A stretch of DNA of 61,120 bases, counting the filler, from Platydemus manokwari (lineage: Eukaryota), in NCBI GenBank assembly GCA_037951405.1. It is 6 parts of 6 records of this genome, joined end to end, with 100 filler letters (N's around TTAATTAATTAA, not from the genome) between each part and the next. Parts side by side here need not be neighbours in the genome. Positions count along the whole stretch, not along the records: positions 28,566 to 39,719 come from JBBMOY010868866.1; positions 39,820 to 49,002 come from JBBMOY011286761.1; 4 more parts are not named here. The stretch is one strand, 5' to 3'. The notes under the pieces were generated by a model, which had not been told where the DNA came from, ran no database searches, and saw nothing but the letters and a program-made list of their open reading frames with translations. Numbering within the stretch: the first letter of the stretch is position 1; every line of letters starts with the position of its first letter. A program made the translations under genes and the position numbers. Below are positions 28,663 through 42,299 of the stretch, piece by piece.

Positions 28663-31600
28663 GATAGAATTAATTTTTATTATTGGAAATCGCGACTATT
28701 TTATAAAGATTGCCTTGAAAAGGAACTGAAAAGTCACGACACCAAATTGTCTATTTAAAAATAATAATTTAAACAAATGAATATCTTTTAATATTAATTT
28801 AAATTTTCAAATCCTCATTAACGGATAATGCTTTTGAATGAATTTATTCTTTGAATTTCTTTCTGGTCATTTCTGATATTTTTCACTTTGGCAGTCTTTA
28901 ATTAATTGTTTTTTCCCGATATTTATCCATCTTAACATTGTTTTCTTAAGCCACTCAATTGTTTTATCGAAGATGCTCAGCATTTTATTATAGGGAAATT
29001 AAATTCAAAAATCTCACCCCAAGTACTTTTTAATTATCAATCCAACTTGATAAATATTATTTTATCCGAGTAATGTTGCTACTGGTGATATTATTACGAA
29101 TGACGATGATGGATCTGCTGATATAGATTTTAAAAATGCAATATTTTATCATGGCAGTAAATTGTGATAAATTGGCATACAGATATGTGAAGTGACCTTA
29201 GATTAAAATACACCATTTGAGAGATTTTTAAAATGATGGATTTCAGATCCTATCTGATATTGATGTTGCGCACCTAGTTCGATCTCTCTGCTCATTAATC
29301 ATTAACCATATGCATAAAGAAAAGGCAACCAAACCTTAATAATTTTTACAATGACAAAGATAGAATGGAAGCAGAATCAAAATAAAATAAACAGATTTCA
29401 CCGGTATATATTCACAAACACACCAATAAGAACTTATTAAAACAAATATGACTGAATCAATTCACTATTCTGTTTTGTTTAAATTATTACAAAATCAATA
29501 ATTATGAAAAATAAACTTGAAAATTAAATTTAATTTATAAATTCTCCTAGATTCCAAACTTATTTTTCTTATTATTCACTTTGTTTTTCCGAAACAAAAC
29601 GGTTTCCATTTCAATTTCGATGAATTATTAACTTCTTGTTTAAATCGTTGGAAAAATTAATCAAATTTTTAATGCAATATAAGTCGTTATTTGCGTTATT
29701 TTTGTTAACAAAAAAGAATATGTCTTTGATTTTCCTTTCCAAATTGAAGGAAGAGAAAATAGTTTGATTTGATGGATTTTACATTTCCTACATTTATTTC
29801 TGGATATGTTTTATTGACAGACATTTAATCAATCTATTTTCTTTTATTTTTATGGCCGGTTCAATAAATATAAACACAAACCATATCGTACTCCGACATA
29901 CTCCATGAGATTTTCTGTCGTTTTATATTTTATTTAGTATCGATTGTACTTATCTGTTTAAATAATTAGATTGTCTCCTCACCAAAAAACTGTTGAGCGA
30001 TTCTCAAAGTTTCTATAAGTATGTTTTTAATTAGCTTGCCTAACATAGAGAAGACAATTCACTGACGCATCTCTCATTTCGAAGAAGGCAATTAATAGTT
30101 TTTTATAAGAGTTGTTCTTGATTTTCTATGATAAAAACAAATATAGTATTACATTCTTTGATAAAAAATTTGATATTAACACTTGCAGGGAGAATTTTTT
30201 GCTATTCTAGTATTGTAAAAATGACGAATAGATTTTCGACTCTTTATAAGGAAATTTGTGCGTGGCTAATGTAATATAGTTATCGGTTCATTGAGCCACA
30301 GTGAAACTAAATAATAAATAATTGTAATGATTATATTTATTATTATTTATCTGAAATAAACATGTTAAGTTTGATACTAGTGTAACTTATTGGGCTCTAT
30401 ATTTGAGCTGACATGTATGGTTGCTTTTAATTGATAAGGTTAAATACCACAAACGATAAAAGCTTTTTAATACAATATTTTAATTTAATATACTTTACTT
30501 GTTCTTTGAATAGCAGTTCATCACCTTCTTCAGGATTGAAACTACATGGAGTGTGTAACTATACTATAAATCATAACCTTTCTTTGAATTACAGCACATT
30601 TATGAATACATTCAGAATAGATGCAGAAGATTATTAAAGCTTTTTTACCTCGCATCTATTCTGTTCTCATTTCCAAATTGAGACTCAGGGAATCCAATGA
30701 AATTTTTTCCTACTTTTCATTCGGACATAATCCTTCCCGATGATGTACGCCTAAATCAATGGGGATTCGAACTTGGTGTATTGTCCTTATGTATTGATTA
30801 AAACAATATTTATACTTTTGTTTCAATGTTAATGTCCACAATATATTTCTATACAGTTCATTTTTTAAAAACATTATGTACAGTTTTATATTAAATTATC
30901 ATAGATAAATGGCATTTAAAGAAACAATCTTTTTCATTATTACTTTTTCATTTCTGATAATCGTATTAAGAATCTTGACTTCAAACCAATATAATAAATA
31001 GACTGCAGGACCCAGTAAAATCTCGCAGATATTATATATCTCTAAAGAATCAATTTAGATAGGTTTCGTAGATTTATAGATTCGTAAAGAACCTTCAATG
31101 ATTCATGAGATCACTGTTGAACTGGAACCCACGGTTCACTCTAGTCAGTATAACTCAAATTTATCTTTGAACCGCGATTTTTCCGTATCATAAATTCCTT
31201 CCGAATATTTAAAGTGCGACATTTAAACGATGTTCGTTTTTTATTTAAGATTCGGTTTTTCTTACACCAACAACTTACTAGTAAATGATGCAAGAGAACT
31301 TTTAAACAGAACTTCATTAAGAAGTGCTTTCTGAAATCAATTATTCACACAATTTTTGGAATCCACGTCGTCTTTCTTATTCGTAATTAAAACCGATAAT
31401 TCATTTTATTGGTTGGATTTTTCGATATAACTTCATAAACCATTGACAATGAGAAATGGTAAACATTTGCCGTAGAGATAATTGCTACCATTAATACATA
31501 AAAATGATTCTATAAGTAGAGATTGATTAAGAACTCGATTATAGAAAATAATTAGATTGCTACAAGAAATTTCCGAATAAATGTTAACAATAATTATCTC

Positions 31601-33036
31601 TTTAGCGATTGAGGGGCGTAATAAATGAACTTTTATTTTTAATTAATCGATATTTCTGTGTTGATTATAGATGCGTGAGGTCAGGTATTTTATTGGAGAA
31701 TTATTTCTACTAATAGAAGCCAATATGCAGGCGTTCTTCATCTTTAGTTGAGTTATTCCGTTACTCATAACATACTTCTATAAAAATAAGTTCATGAAAT
31801 GTTTCCGGGCTTCTTACCATCAAGCACAATCCTCCCATAAGGTGGATATTGTTGAATATGAAGCAGGATTTTCATTTCATACTGAAGAGCTTAATCAGAA
31901 AATTAGATTCCACAAAGACTCATTGAACTCTATCACATAAGATTGTCGAGATGTTAAGCATTTTTACAATAAATTTATAAAATATGATTTTATTAAGTTT
32001 TTATTTTCACCACTATTTATTTAAACAAAAAATCCCATAATATTTTTATTTAATTCTATGAAGCTTAAATATGTCATTTTCCTATCTAAAATACCTTCAT
32101 TCACGCAATGCAGTGAGGTAGAATTGAAAACCAATTTCATTGTTTGGAGCGAAATACGAATATTTGTGGTCAATGCTTCGGCCATATAATTTTTATGACA
32201 CCTATTTGATAATATAATTTGAGAAGTGAATTGTTTTCTATCAAAATTTTATTATAAAAGGTCAAATCAATAAATTCAATGGCTTATTGGAAACTCACTC
32301 ATTCTCTTATTAATCGGGAACAATTCCATTTTGGGAAATTTTCCACAGATGAATATATAATATTATTTTCCTAAAACTTAATTAAAAACGAAAATGACAA
32401 TCTCTACTTAAAATTTTCGATAAGTAAATATTTGTGTTATGCTAACAAAATCTGATGTGAAAATCCTAAATTGTTTACATGAGATTTATGATTTTCTGAA
32501 ACAACCCGATAATTTTCCGTAAATCTGTATTCAATAGAATAGAATATTTATTAAAGGAGAATAAAATGATGAATAATCGTTATTTTTTCCTTTATTTTAT
32601 TTTGTTTGGTGTAGTTGGATTGTAGATATAATAGCTTGAAATCCCAATGTTTACTGAGATTAATCAATAATTTGGTTTTTTCTAGTTCATCTGAAGTGGT
32701 TTGAATTATTCTGATTTCAATGGAAATGTTTTCTGTTAATATACAGAGGTTTATCTTGGATTTAATTGGCTAAAATAATCTTATAATTCAAATAATTGTA
32801 ATAATTTTTAATGACTTAACCAAACAGATGTACCATCGAAAATGAAATAATCTCTGAAATATAAGATTCATTGCTTGGAATTACACCAAAATTCCTTGCT
32901 TGTTCCAAAAACATCACATATTGAATAAACATGCGTTGACATCTCAAATACAAATATTATTTTCAACGTCAAAATATCCTTGGTTTACCAAATAATTCTT
33001 AAAAATAAATAATAAAAAGAAAAAACTATTATAATT

Positions 33037-34051
33037 TTGGGTTGGTGCATAAATTTGTGCGGTTTTATTAGATGCAAAGAAAACACACTAACTTCTTGTT
33101 TTAACTGATTTGAGTTATATTATCTATTGAGCTGAATTATCTAGTTAAATTATTTTAGACTAACTTTCACTTTCATTACCCTCATTCAAATGGAGTGTCA
33201 GGTAGATAAAAATGAACATTTCGGCCATCTACTCATTTTGCATTTTTATCAACATTTAAACGCTGCAGAAGCCACCAAAATTATCGAACAGCACAAAAGT
33301 GTTTTTCGAAATTTAACAGTGGTCAGATCCACCAAGGGACTTTAATGAAAACTGTTTGAACCAATTGATTCATGATGACCTACGTCAATAGACATGAGCA
33401 CTTGGACAAGACATGCATTGTGATTACACCACTATTTCTCGACATCCCAAGAAAATGGGAGAAGTTCAATAGTTTGGAATCATAGGCAACTCACCTTGCT
33501 AAAGAAAGTTACAAAAATCAAAGTGTTTCGATTTCTGCCTGTTTGTAAATTTGTAACAAAAAAAGCTTAAGTGAGTCCTCAAAAGTAACCACAACCACGT
33601 GCGATTGGTGGGACCAAGTTGGTGTTATTCATTACCAAATCTTGTCAAAAAACCAAACAATAAATGCCGAAATTTATTACTTCGTGTCACCCATCCTCCA
33701 TATTCGCCTAACTTAACCCTAACAGATTTTAATCTTTTCCGCTCCACGTCGAACCATTTTTCTGGTCTCACATTTGAAAGCGAAGAAGCAATAACAACAC
33801 TAATTAAAGAATTTTTTGACCAAAAATCATGAAGCTTCTTCAAAGGTGGTATTGATAAACTGCCAGTACGGTGGAAGGAAGTGATTGATTGTGTCGGAGA
33901 ATATCTCACCGATTGAGACTGAGATGTTTGTTGTTCCATTGATTTCATAAATTCATTTTGTTATCTGGAATTTATTGCATAGTTTTTATTCTTGATCAGT
34001 ATGCATTTTTCATAATTGTAAAAAACCGCACCAACTTATGCACTAACCCAA
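33037..34051 (+). mobile_element. Mariner DNA transposon, internally deleted and decayed (~1.0 kb)
   Basis: ~30-bp TIRs TTGGGTTGGTGCATAAATTTGTGCGGTTTT (33037) and AAAACCGCACCAACTTATGCACTAACCCAA (to 34051) followed by TA. Transposase start MECQVDKNEHFGHLL at 33190; C-terminal HPPYSPNLTLTDFNLFRS...GIDKLPVRWKEVIDCVGEY. Frameshifts and stops present. Confidence 0.92.
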
Positions 34052-35132
34052 TACTTAAAAAAGTGCAAGTAGGTTAGATTTAAATGAATTATTATTCGGA
34101 CTAGACCTGTTGGTATATCTTGAAATTAATTTTGATAAACTACATTACATATTTTTATCAATCTAACCATTGAGATCTTACCATTTATGTAAGTGGTTAT
34201 AAAAATTTCGAAAATACGTTAAAATTGTTTTGTCATATTAAACGAATATTGATAAAAACGAAATAAATTATTCGTGGTTTAGAATTGAAGGTGAATTGAT
34301 ATTCAAATCTTGTGAAATTAATAGATATCAACTGTGTTATTCTCAATTCATTCAATTGTGTTACAAGAATATTAATGGAATACTCTTTAATTACATAATT
34401 GTTCCAACGTTCTTAAAATAACCAGGAAATTAATCCGGATTTTCTATTGGAGCCTTTCCAATAAACATTAAAAATAAAATCTCAAAACAATGAGTTCATA
34501 ATAAAACAATTTTTCAGATCTGTACGAAAATTTTATTGATTCGAAAATATTCCCACAACGGAAAAAAAATTTATCAATAAATCGACATTCTTCGAAAGCT
34601 GTTAAAAATATCTGGGAAATGAAAAAAAAATATTCTTAACTAGTATAATTAAATATCTTCTTTTAAAATTCGGATTCTCCATCATGCACAACTGAGCTAT
34701 CATCGATGGAAATGACTTTCATTTTCGCCGAATTAAGTTTTGCTTTTTTTTTGAATTTGTTTTTCGACATAAAATTCTATCAAATACATATCTGTAGAGA
34801 TAAATAATGAGAAGAAATTTTGTTTTCGCTATCTTATATTTAAAAGAAATTTATTGTTTCTACTTAAACGTTTCGATCTTTTAATATAATTATACAAGAA
34901 TAATTATTTTTAATCACATGCCTACTTATCAGAGATTAATTGAGTGAATTAAAAGGGTAATTTTGCTGTAGGCACTGAAAACTTGGCGGAGATTCCATTA
35001 ATATGTTGGTATTAGTAGTTCAGAAAAACGTTACCGTTCCAGTAACAATTACCGACCATGGGCCATTTATTGGATAATATATTTGATAATGAACATCAAC
35101 CGAATTTCCTTCCGAGTTTTATATGTAGCGCA

Positions 35133-35172
35133 AGTGTGTGTGTGGGTGTTTGTGTGTGTGTGTTTGAGAGAG
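35133..35172. repeat. (GT)n/(GA)n microsatellite
   Basis: GTGTGT...GAGAGA directly visible. Confidence 0.8.
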
Positions 35173-36232
35173 AAGTGTAGGTTTGTAATTTTGATGATCC
35201 TGAATATCACGGTAATTGAAGTGCTCACAAATGATACTCATTAAAAAATATTCATAATATTATTAATATCTATTATTATTGGTTTGTAGGTGCTCAATGC
35301 GAAACATAAATGCTGTGTTTTAGTAAAACATTTCAACAATTAATTATATTTAATTTCTAACAATATAACTTGCAGAAAAATTACTTTTCCACCGATTAAA
35401 TAAATTGGTTTGGGAAAATGTGTTTTATTTTTACGATGATCATTTTTCTTTGCTAGATTGAGATGCAATTAAAAAAATTAAAATTCACTGAGAAAAACTA
35501 TAAACAATGATATTGATCGATAATGACAAATATTTCTGGAATTTCCAGAAAACAATCTACTGCCATTAGGTGAATTGAAAAAAAAGAGCAAATTTTCTTC
35601 TCAACAAAAACAAAAACATCTGTCGGATTAAAAGACAAACAAATATTTCTCGAGATAAAAACACAATTGAGAATCCAAATGTAAATTTGAATTTTAGGAA
35701 AATGATATTTTTTGTGGGATTTTTTTTGGGTGGAAATTGGGATTTTTCTTTGATAAAATATCGAAAATCGCTTTTCAATGACGTTTGTTTCGCTCTTGAA
35801 ATTTGCTTTCAATCATAGAACTCGATATTTGATTTTTCTTCCCGAAAGAATTCAATTGCAATTTTATCTTTTATCTAGAATAGTATCGATTGGAAACAAT
35901 ATCACCTTCTGTTAATTTTTTCAGAGGAAACACGTTTAAAAATCGATAGGAATATTTTTTGAAAGAAATGGAAATTCATTCTGCATCGAAACTTGACAAA
36001 AAAATTGATGTACTTCAATCTGAAAATTGTTTAGAAATGCCTTTATTTAGCTTTGCAAAGGAAATTTATTCATTTAGAGAAATTTTCAACTGATGCGTTC
36101 TTTCATAACAAATTTTTGAGCTATGATTAAAAAAATTTCGTAAATAATAGTTGTCGTGATTATTAAATTGATTTATTAATATTTTAGCTGAGCACCAATA
36201 TTGATAGATATTTCAGATTCTATTCTTTAAAC

Positions 36233-38393
36233 CAGTGGTTCCTAATCACTGTGCCGCGTCACCTTAGAGTGCCGCGAAGTAAGAAATTAGTAAGCGTTGT
36301 TATGGTTAATCATCTTAATAACTCGTTTACCATATCAACAGACTCTTTGTAGATATTTCTTGTTTAATATTTAGATGTTGTAATTTAAGGTTTTAGTGGT
36401 ACAAATAAAAAACATGAGAAAATATGATCGAACCTCTCTTAGATTTATTTTCTTCAATTTTAGATTTAATTCACCTGTAAATATGAAGAAGTTTTCAAAA
36501 TAAAATGCGACGGTGACAAGAATGATTCTATAAATTATTTTAAAAAACCAAAGGATCATCTGTTGTATAGTGATGATTACTTGAAATTTGGGTTTTACTG
36601 GACTGGAGATACATAGATTCTTTCTCCATTGTGTGCTATGTGTGGCCAAACGCTGTCTGATGAAGCAACGGTTCCAAATAAGATGAAAAAGCATCTTATT
36701 ACAAATCATCCTAATTTTCAATCTAATAGTGTCGATTATTTCCAACGGTTGCTAGAATCAAATGCAAGTCGAAGTCAACTATTTGAGGAAACATTAACTC
36801 TGTCCGAAAAAGCTCAATTGGCTTCTTATGAGGTGGCAGAAATTATCCCTCTCAAATCGAAATCTCATGTTCTTGCGGAATCAATGATCTTTCTAGCATT
36901 CAAAAGGACGGTGAATATTGTCCTTGGCGACAAGGCCAAACAAGAAATTAACGAATCCCTCTTTCAACCAATATGATTCAGAGAAGGATTCTTGACTTAT
37001 CTGATAATAGCGAGGAAAATCTTTTATCCAAATTTCAAAATAATCACTTTGCTCTCTAAATAGATGAATTCACTGACATCAGTAACTATGCTCAGTTAAT
37101 TGCATTTATACCTGTCATCGATGTGGATGCCATAATTAATCAATTTCTATGTTGCAAACAGTCACCCACAACTACAAAACCTCAAGATATTTTTGATACA
37201 ATCAAAATATGACTCAAAAAATATGGCTTATCCTGATATTTATTTGCGGGAATATGTACCGATGGAGCATCATCAAATGGTTGGTTCTGTTGAAGATTTT
37301 GTATTTTTATTGGAAAAACAGAATCCATACTTCGTGCGAACTTATTGTTTTTACTATGAGAAGTATCAGTTTCAAAGATAACACAAAATGAACTAGAGGA
37401 GGTGTTGAATCAAGTGATCGAAATGTTAAATTTTATCAAAACTCGGCTGTTGAAGTCCAGAATTCTTGAGTTGCTATGGTGGGACAAGAATTCTCATGAT
37501 GTTCGTGATGCATACAGACATAAGATGGATATCAAAAGGAAAGGTGCTATCTCGCGTAATTGAACTTCAGAAAGATGTTTTTTGAAAATGAAAAGCGTGA
37601 TAATATATTTCGAAATTTCCTTTAAAATGAATTTTGGGTGTCCAAAGTAGAGTGCCTGAATGAGATATTTGGGAATCTCAATATGGAAGCCGGAAATACA
37701 AATATTCTTACAATAACAGATAAATTAGTTACTTTTATGAAAGAAATCGCAAAATGAATGAAAAGAATGAAAGCAAATGATTCGTCCATGATTTCATCAG
37801 TTCGCAAAGCCTGTGTTACCGAGATGATTCTCATTACTAATGAGCATTTGACAATTTGGAAAACAAAATTGAAGAATATTTCCCCTCAATCAGAATTAAT
37901 TTGGATTCACAATCCTTTCCTAGATTTATCGATCATTAATCTTTCCACCATTGACTTATGTGAAGAAGAAGTACTAGCAAGTATTTCCAGTGATCGGGGA
38001 CTCAAATCGAAATGCGCACACTTGCCATTAGACTGCTTTTGGATATCTGTTATAGTTTTAGTAAAAAGTCATCAAACTTCATTCCTAAACAACATTAACA
38101 ATAAAACAAACGTGAAAGACTTAAAAACATTGAAGAAGATTTGAAAGTATGCCTTTGTTACATTCGCTCACAAATTGCACCAGTGGTAAAGAAGAACCAG
38201 GCACAACTGTCCCATTGACATTCACCATTATTATTCTATACCCGGTATTGAATACAGGATATAATATTCTTTGTTTTATATTATTTCATTGCAAAAAAAA
38301 GTGGAAAATATTTATTTTTTGTGATAGGTGTGCCGTGAAAATTTAAAGAGCTCAATAATGTGCCACAATGTAAACAAAGACTCGGAACGATTG
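36233..38393 (+). mobile_element. hAT (Buster/Charlie, ZBED5-like) transposon, decayed near-full-length copy
   Basis: Left end CAGTGGTTCCTAA with subterminal GTGCCGCG repeats; degenerate right end CTCGGAACGATTG. Transposase motifs across frameshifts: BED finger PLCAMCGQTLS...KMKKHLITNHP, AL*IDEFTDISNYAQL, CTDGA, HTDIRWISKGKVLSRV, WIHNPF, LDCFW. Flanking 8-mers CTTTAAAC/ATTCAAAT match only partly. Confidence 0.88.
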
Positions 38394-39719
38394 ATTCAAA
38401 TCGAAAGAATATTTTGGTAAACAATTTTTTTGGTAAACAATTTTTTTCTCAAAATCACCATGGTAATGAATAAGTTTTATTTAAAACAATAATCTTATAT
38501 AAAAATGTGTACAGAGATTCAATCCATACAACTCCACAATATAATAAATTGCTGAAATAAATAAAAATGAGAGTAAAAAACCATGTTATAATAAATTAAA
38601 AATAAATTATAATTATCTTCAATATTAGTATAAAATATTTTGAAATCTTTTTATGCCGTGTCTTGTACTTTTATAAATGAGATCGATTTGAAAAATTAAG
38701 AAAATAGCTAATGAGAGATTATTCATCAATATTTCCAATAATCCATGGACGCCAAACAAAATCACAAATTTCCTTGCATTGACCAAGTATTTATGAACAC
38801 AAAGGTTTTATTAATGGCATACTAGAAATCAAGAGAAAATTATCGATTTTAAATATTATTTTATTGATATTTTGAATTTTAAATTATTTATAAATATTTT
38901 TTAACGATTATTGAAGTTGAATTATTTTTATTCATCACCAATAACCTGATAATTGTCCGAAAATCAATAAAATTCCCCATCGATCGATAAATCGATTGAT
39001 GAATGAGTTGAGTTGTTGAAATGTTTCAAATTTGATTTATAATTTTCAAAAAATATAAAATATTTAAAATACTTTCAATAAATTGTCGGTTCTACCTGAT
39101 GTAGAGCAGGATTTATTGATTTGACTCAAAAACACCAATAAGATAACCACTGAGATTTATTGATGATCACATTGTACAAGATTACCGTTCAAAGTTAATT
39201 CATAAGGGTCGAGTCCTTAACCAAATGCGTCAATAAAATCGGATCATGTCTTGATAAAAAGTTCAAAATATCGGCCAAGTATCTACTCATGACCTTACTA
39301 CTGAGCGCATGAATAGTATTACGCGCGCCCTCCTTAATTTTACTGATATATGTTCTACTTTACCGATATTCCGATGTATTATTCACGAATAGCCTGTCTA
39401 ATATTGTCAATCCTTTATATATCATTTTGCTCTCAACGCTGTGCAGCAAATTTTCTGCCATTTATAAAATGCCAAATCAATAAATATCAATAATTTCCTA
39501 ATTTGGATATTTATTTGCTAATAATGATTTTGACTTAAATTTAAAAAAACTAAATTGTTTTAATTAATTTAATTTATTTTTAATTTAATTTAATTTATTT
39601 TTAATATTGATGAGTCTATATTTTAACATTATTTTAAAATACTCATAAATTAAACGAATGAATGATGAGAATAAATTGAAAGATAAAGAAATAAATTTAT
39701 TTTACTAAAAATAAATAAT

Positions 39720-39819
39720 NNNNNNNNNNNNNNNNNNNNNNNNNNNNNNNNNNNNNNNNNNNNTTAATTAATTAANNNNNNNNNNNNNNNNNNNNNNNNN
39801 NNNNNNNNNNNNNNNNNNN
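39720..39819. other. Artificial contig spacer
   Basis: 44N-TTAATTAATTAA-44N. Confidence 0.97.
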
Positions 39820-39822
39820 TCA

Positions 39823-39823
<1 letters not shown>

Positions 39824-39872
<49 letters not shown>
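39824..39872. repeat. 49-nt poly(A) on + (poly(T) on the sense strand of the adjacent retrotransposon)
   Basis: Directly visible; abuts the element's 3' UTR. Confidence 0.95.
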
Positions 39873-39874
<2 letters not shown>

Positions 39875-40046
39875 AATATTTATTTACAAAACATTTAAAT
39901 TTTGCTACAACTTGTACAAAGTCCAAGACCTTCACCACTAATGTGGCAGGGCTTCATATCACAGCTTTGCTTATCTTCCTTCTCCTCAACCTCCAATCTC
40001 ATCCTCATGCGGCAGTCTTGTCATTCAGTTTCTCCAATTTACTTCA

Positions 40047-41024
40047 TTAGCACAATCTGTCAAACACATCTTCATCATCGGAGAAGTCGGTCTCCTCACA
40101 AGATATGTTTGCAGATTTTGTCTTCTTGTTTGAATTTGAATTTGTATTTGCGTTGGGTAATAGAGTGTTTTTACCTTGATGAAATTCCCATTGCATACTG
40201 GCTGACTGGATGTTCGATTGAATACATCTATAAGTCATTTCTTTAATAATATCACATTTAAATCCTAATTTTTTCAATATAGTGTTATTAGTTGGGCCCC
40301 AAGCACCAAACACACCCACTATGAAGGTGTACAGTTCAACAGTCCAATCATGATATCGTTTTTTAATTTCGTTTTTTAATGGTTTATATTTTTCTAAATT
40401 AACAAAGTCAGCATTATCTATTAATCTTGGTTCGTCCATGGGACATTTCACATCAATCAAAGTTATTGTGCTAGTGCGATCGTTCACCACTTGTAAATCG
40501 ACCCTCTGTTTCGAGCCTGTAAATTGACAACTCTTTTCCACATGGACGACACAATCAGTATATTGGTTAATGTAAGACGAAATGATATCCATTATTTTCC
40601 CATGCCTAAATAAGAGGAAACTGTTTGACGCCTTGCACATAGTAAATACATGTGTCTGTGTTTCAGTATCAAACAGACACTTCCGACATTGTTGACCTCT
40701 CATATATTTCTTGTTTAAAGTTGGGAGAGTGTCTGATCTTGCCTTGTTGATGAATAAAAACTCAGCAATGGTCAGACCTCCACCAAATACAATCTTATTC
40801 CATTGAGGGCTGATTGCGGGCATTAGCTCGGTATATCTACCGCTTCTTATTTGTTTTTTCCATTTAATTTGGTAGCTTCTAACAAAACACTGTCTTAATA
40901 ATTTTGGTAGTTCTTTTATTTTCTTGTGACTAACTAATGCCTCCCTCAGCACCTCACCTTCATCTGTAATAACATTTTGAGACACTCTTACACCAATTTC
41001 ACCATCGATGATCTTGAATTGTAT
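40047..41024 (-). pseudogene. Retrotransposon C-terminal region: linker, CCHC zinc knuckle and RLE endonuclease
   Basis: Open frame IQFKIIDGEIGVRVSQNV...CRKCLFDTETQTHVFTMC...RHGKI...QRVDL...IDVKCP...KY...GVFGAW. Confidence 0.9.
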
Positions 41025-41026
41025 AT

Positions 41027-42100
41027 ATCATCTGCATAGGCAAGGGCGGTGATCTTGTGTTCTTTTAGCATAATACCGCAGCTGCTCTCTTCTTCAATTT
41101 GTACTAAAATTGGGTTTATTGCTATATTGAAGAGCAACATTGATATTGGGCACCCTTGCCTAACCCCTCTTGTTATTGGGATTTCATTGGTGATTATTCT
41201 GTTGCACATGAAGGACGTTTTGCAGTTTTTGTAAAGGGCTTCTATGATCTTGATTGCCGAGGCGGCCAAACCCATTCTATTCAGAATAATGAATAATACT
41301 TCTATGTTGATTGACGGAAATGCCTCTTCAATATCTAGAAAACAGACATGCAATTTACTCTTTCTCTTGTCATGATATTTCTCAATTGCCGCTCTTAGAA
41401 GGAAGTTATGCTCACCACATCCGTCTGTCGGGCCTAGGCTTTTCTGAAGCGGATGTAGCAACTGGTTTTCAAATATCCACCTATTGAGTTGGTTGCAAAG
41501 GATACTGGTGTAAACTTTATAGGCACAGTCTAATAAGGCGATTGGTCTCCATGACCCAACCTCAGCATAATGACCTTGCTTCATCGGTTTAGGGATCATT
41601 ATGGTGTTGTATTGGAGCCAATCTTCTGGTATTTTCTTCGTGCTTATACATTCTTGATATATTGATGTTATAATTTCCGTATCTGGGTCAGCGTATAACA
41701 TGTTTTTGTAGCTGACTTTGTTCCTGCCCGGTGCACTAGGGTCCTTCTTTCTAAGAGTGGCTATTGTTGTTTCACACTCTATCTGGCAGAAATCAAAGGT
41801 TGGACCTGTCTTGATGTATGATGTTATTGTGCAAGCCCTAGTGCACGGTGTAGTGCAATTACCTGTACATTCTTCCAGTTTGAAGGATTCGTTTTGTTTG
41901 TTGGTATAGTGGGACTCGAAATCTTCTCTAGCCGGGCAGCAATCGGCGTCGTTTGACTTGGTTGCAATTTCGAATGCTGGGGCTGGCGATATCTTGTATA
42001 ATTGTCTAAGACAAATATCCGTCTTTCCTCTGTTATTACTCAAATCGTTCGATCCCAAGTACAGGTTTGTTGCTTCTTTTATCTCACACAGTCCTTTAAC
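41027..42100 (-). pseudogene. Reverse transcriptase domains 0-5, truncated at YADD
   Basis: Part of ORF 40988..42784. The sequence jumps to the post-thumb linker immediately after YADD. Confidence 0.9.
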
Positions 42101-42299
42101 ATGATTTACAAATTTCTTATATTTTGTGTTCAGATCTTCTTCCTTGATATTCGATGTTAATTCGGAGGCGAGAATCCTTCTTGTTTCGATAGTGGATTTG
42201 TTCTTGGTGATGGTAATGGGCAACGTCAGCATCCCTCTTGAGCTTATTCCTTTTTCCCCCTTGATTATTGCAGCCTTCGCACGGTTCTTGATCCTTTGT

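Noticed and set aside
30498-30560. SH3-like exon (CSFNPEEGDELLFKEQ, minus strand)
   Set aside because: Too short; no phase-consistent neighbouring exons could be assembled.
32660-33000. Exon-like minus-strand open frames left of the mariner
   Set aside because: Splice phases are inconsistent and no protein family is recognisable.
39902-40246. 114-aa + strand ORF
   Set aside because: Antisense to the element's C-terminus and 3' UTR, non-ATG start, no recognisable features.
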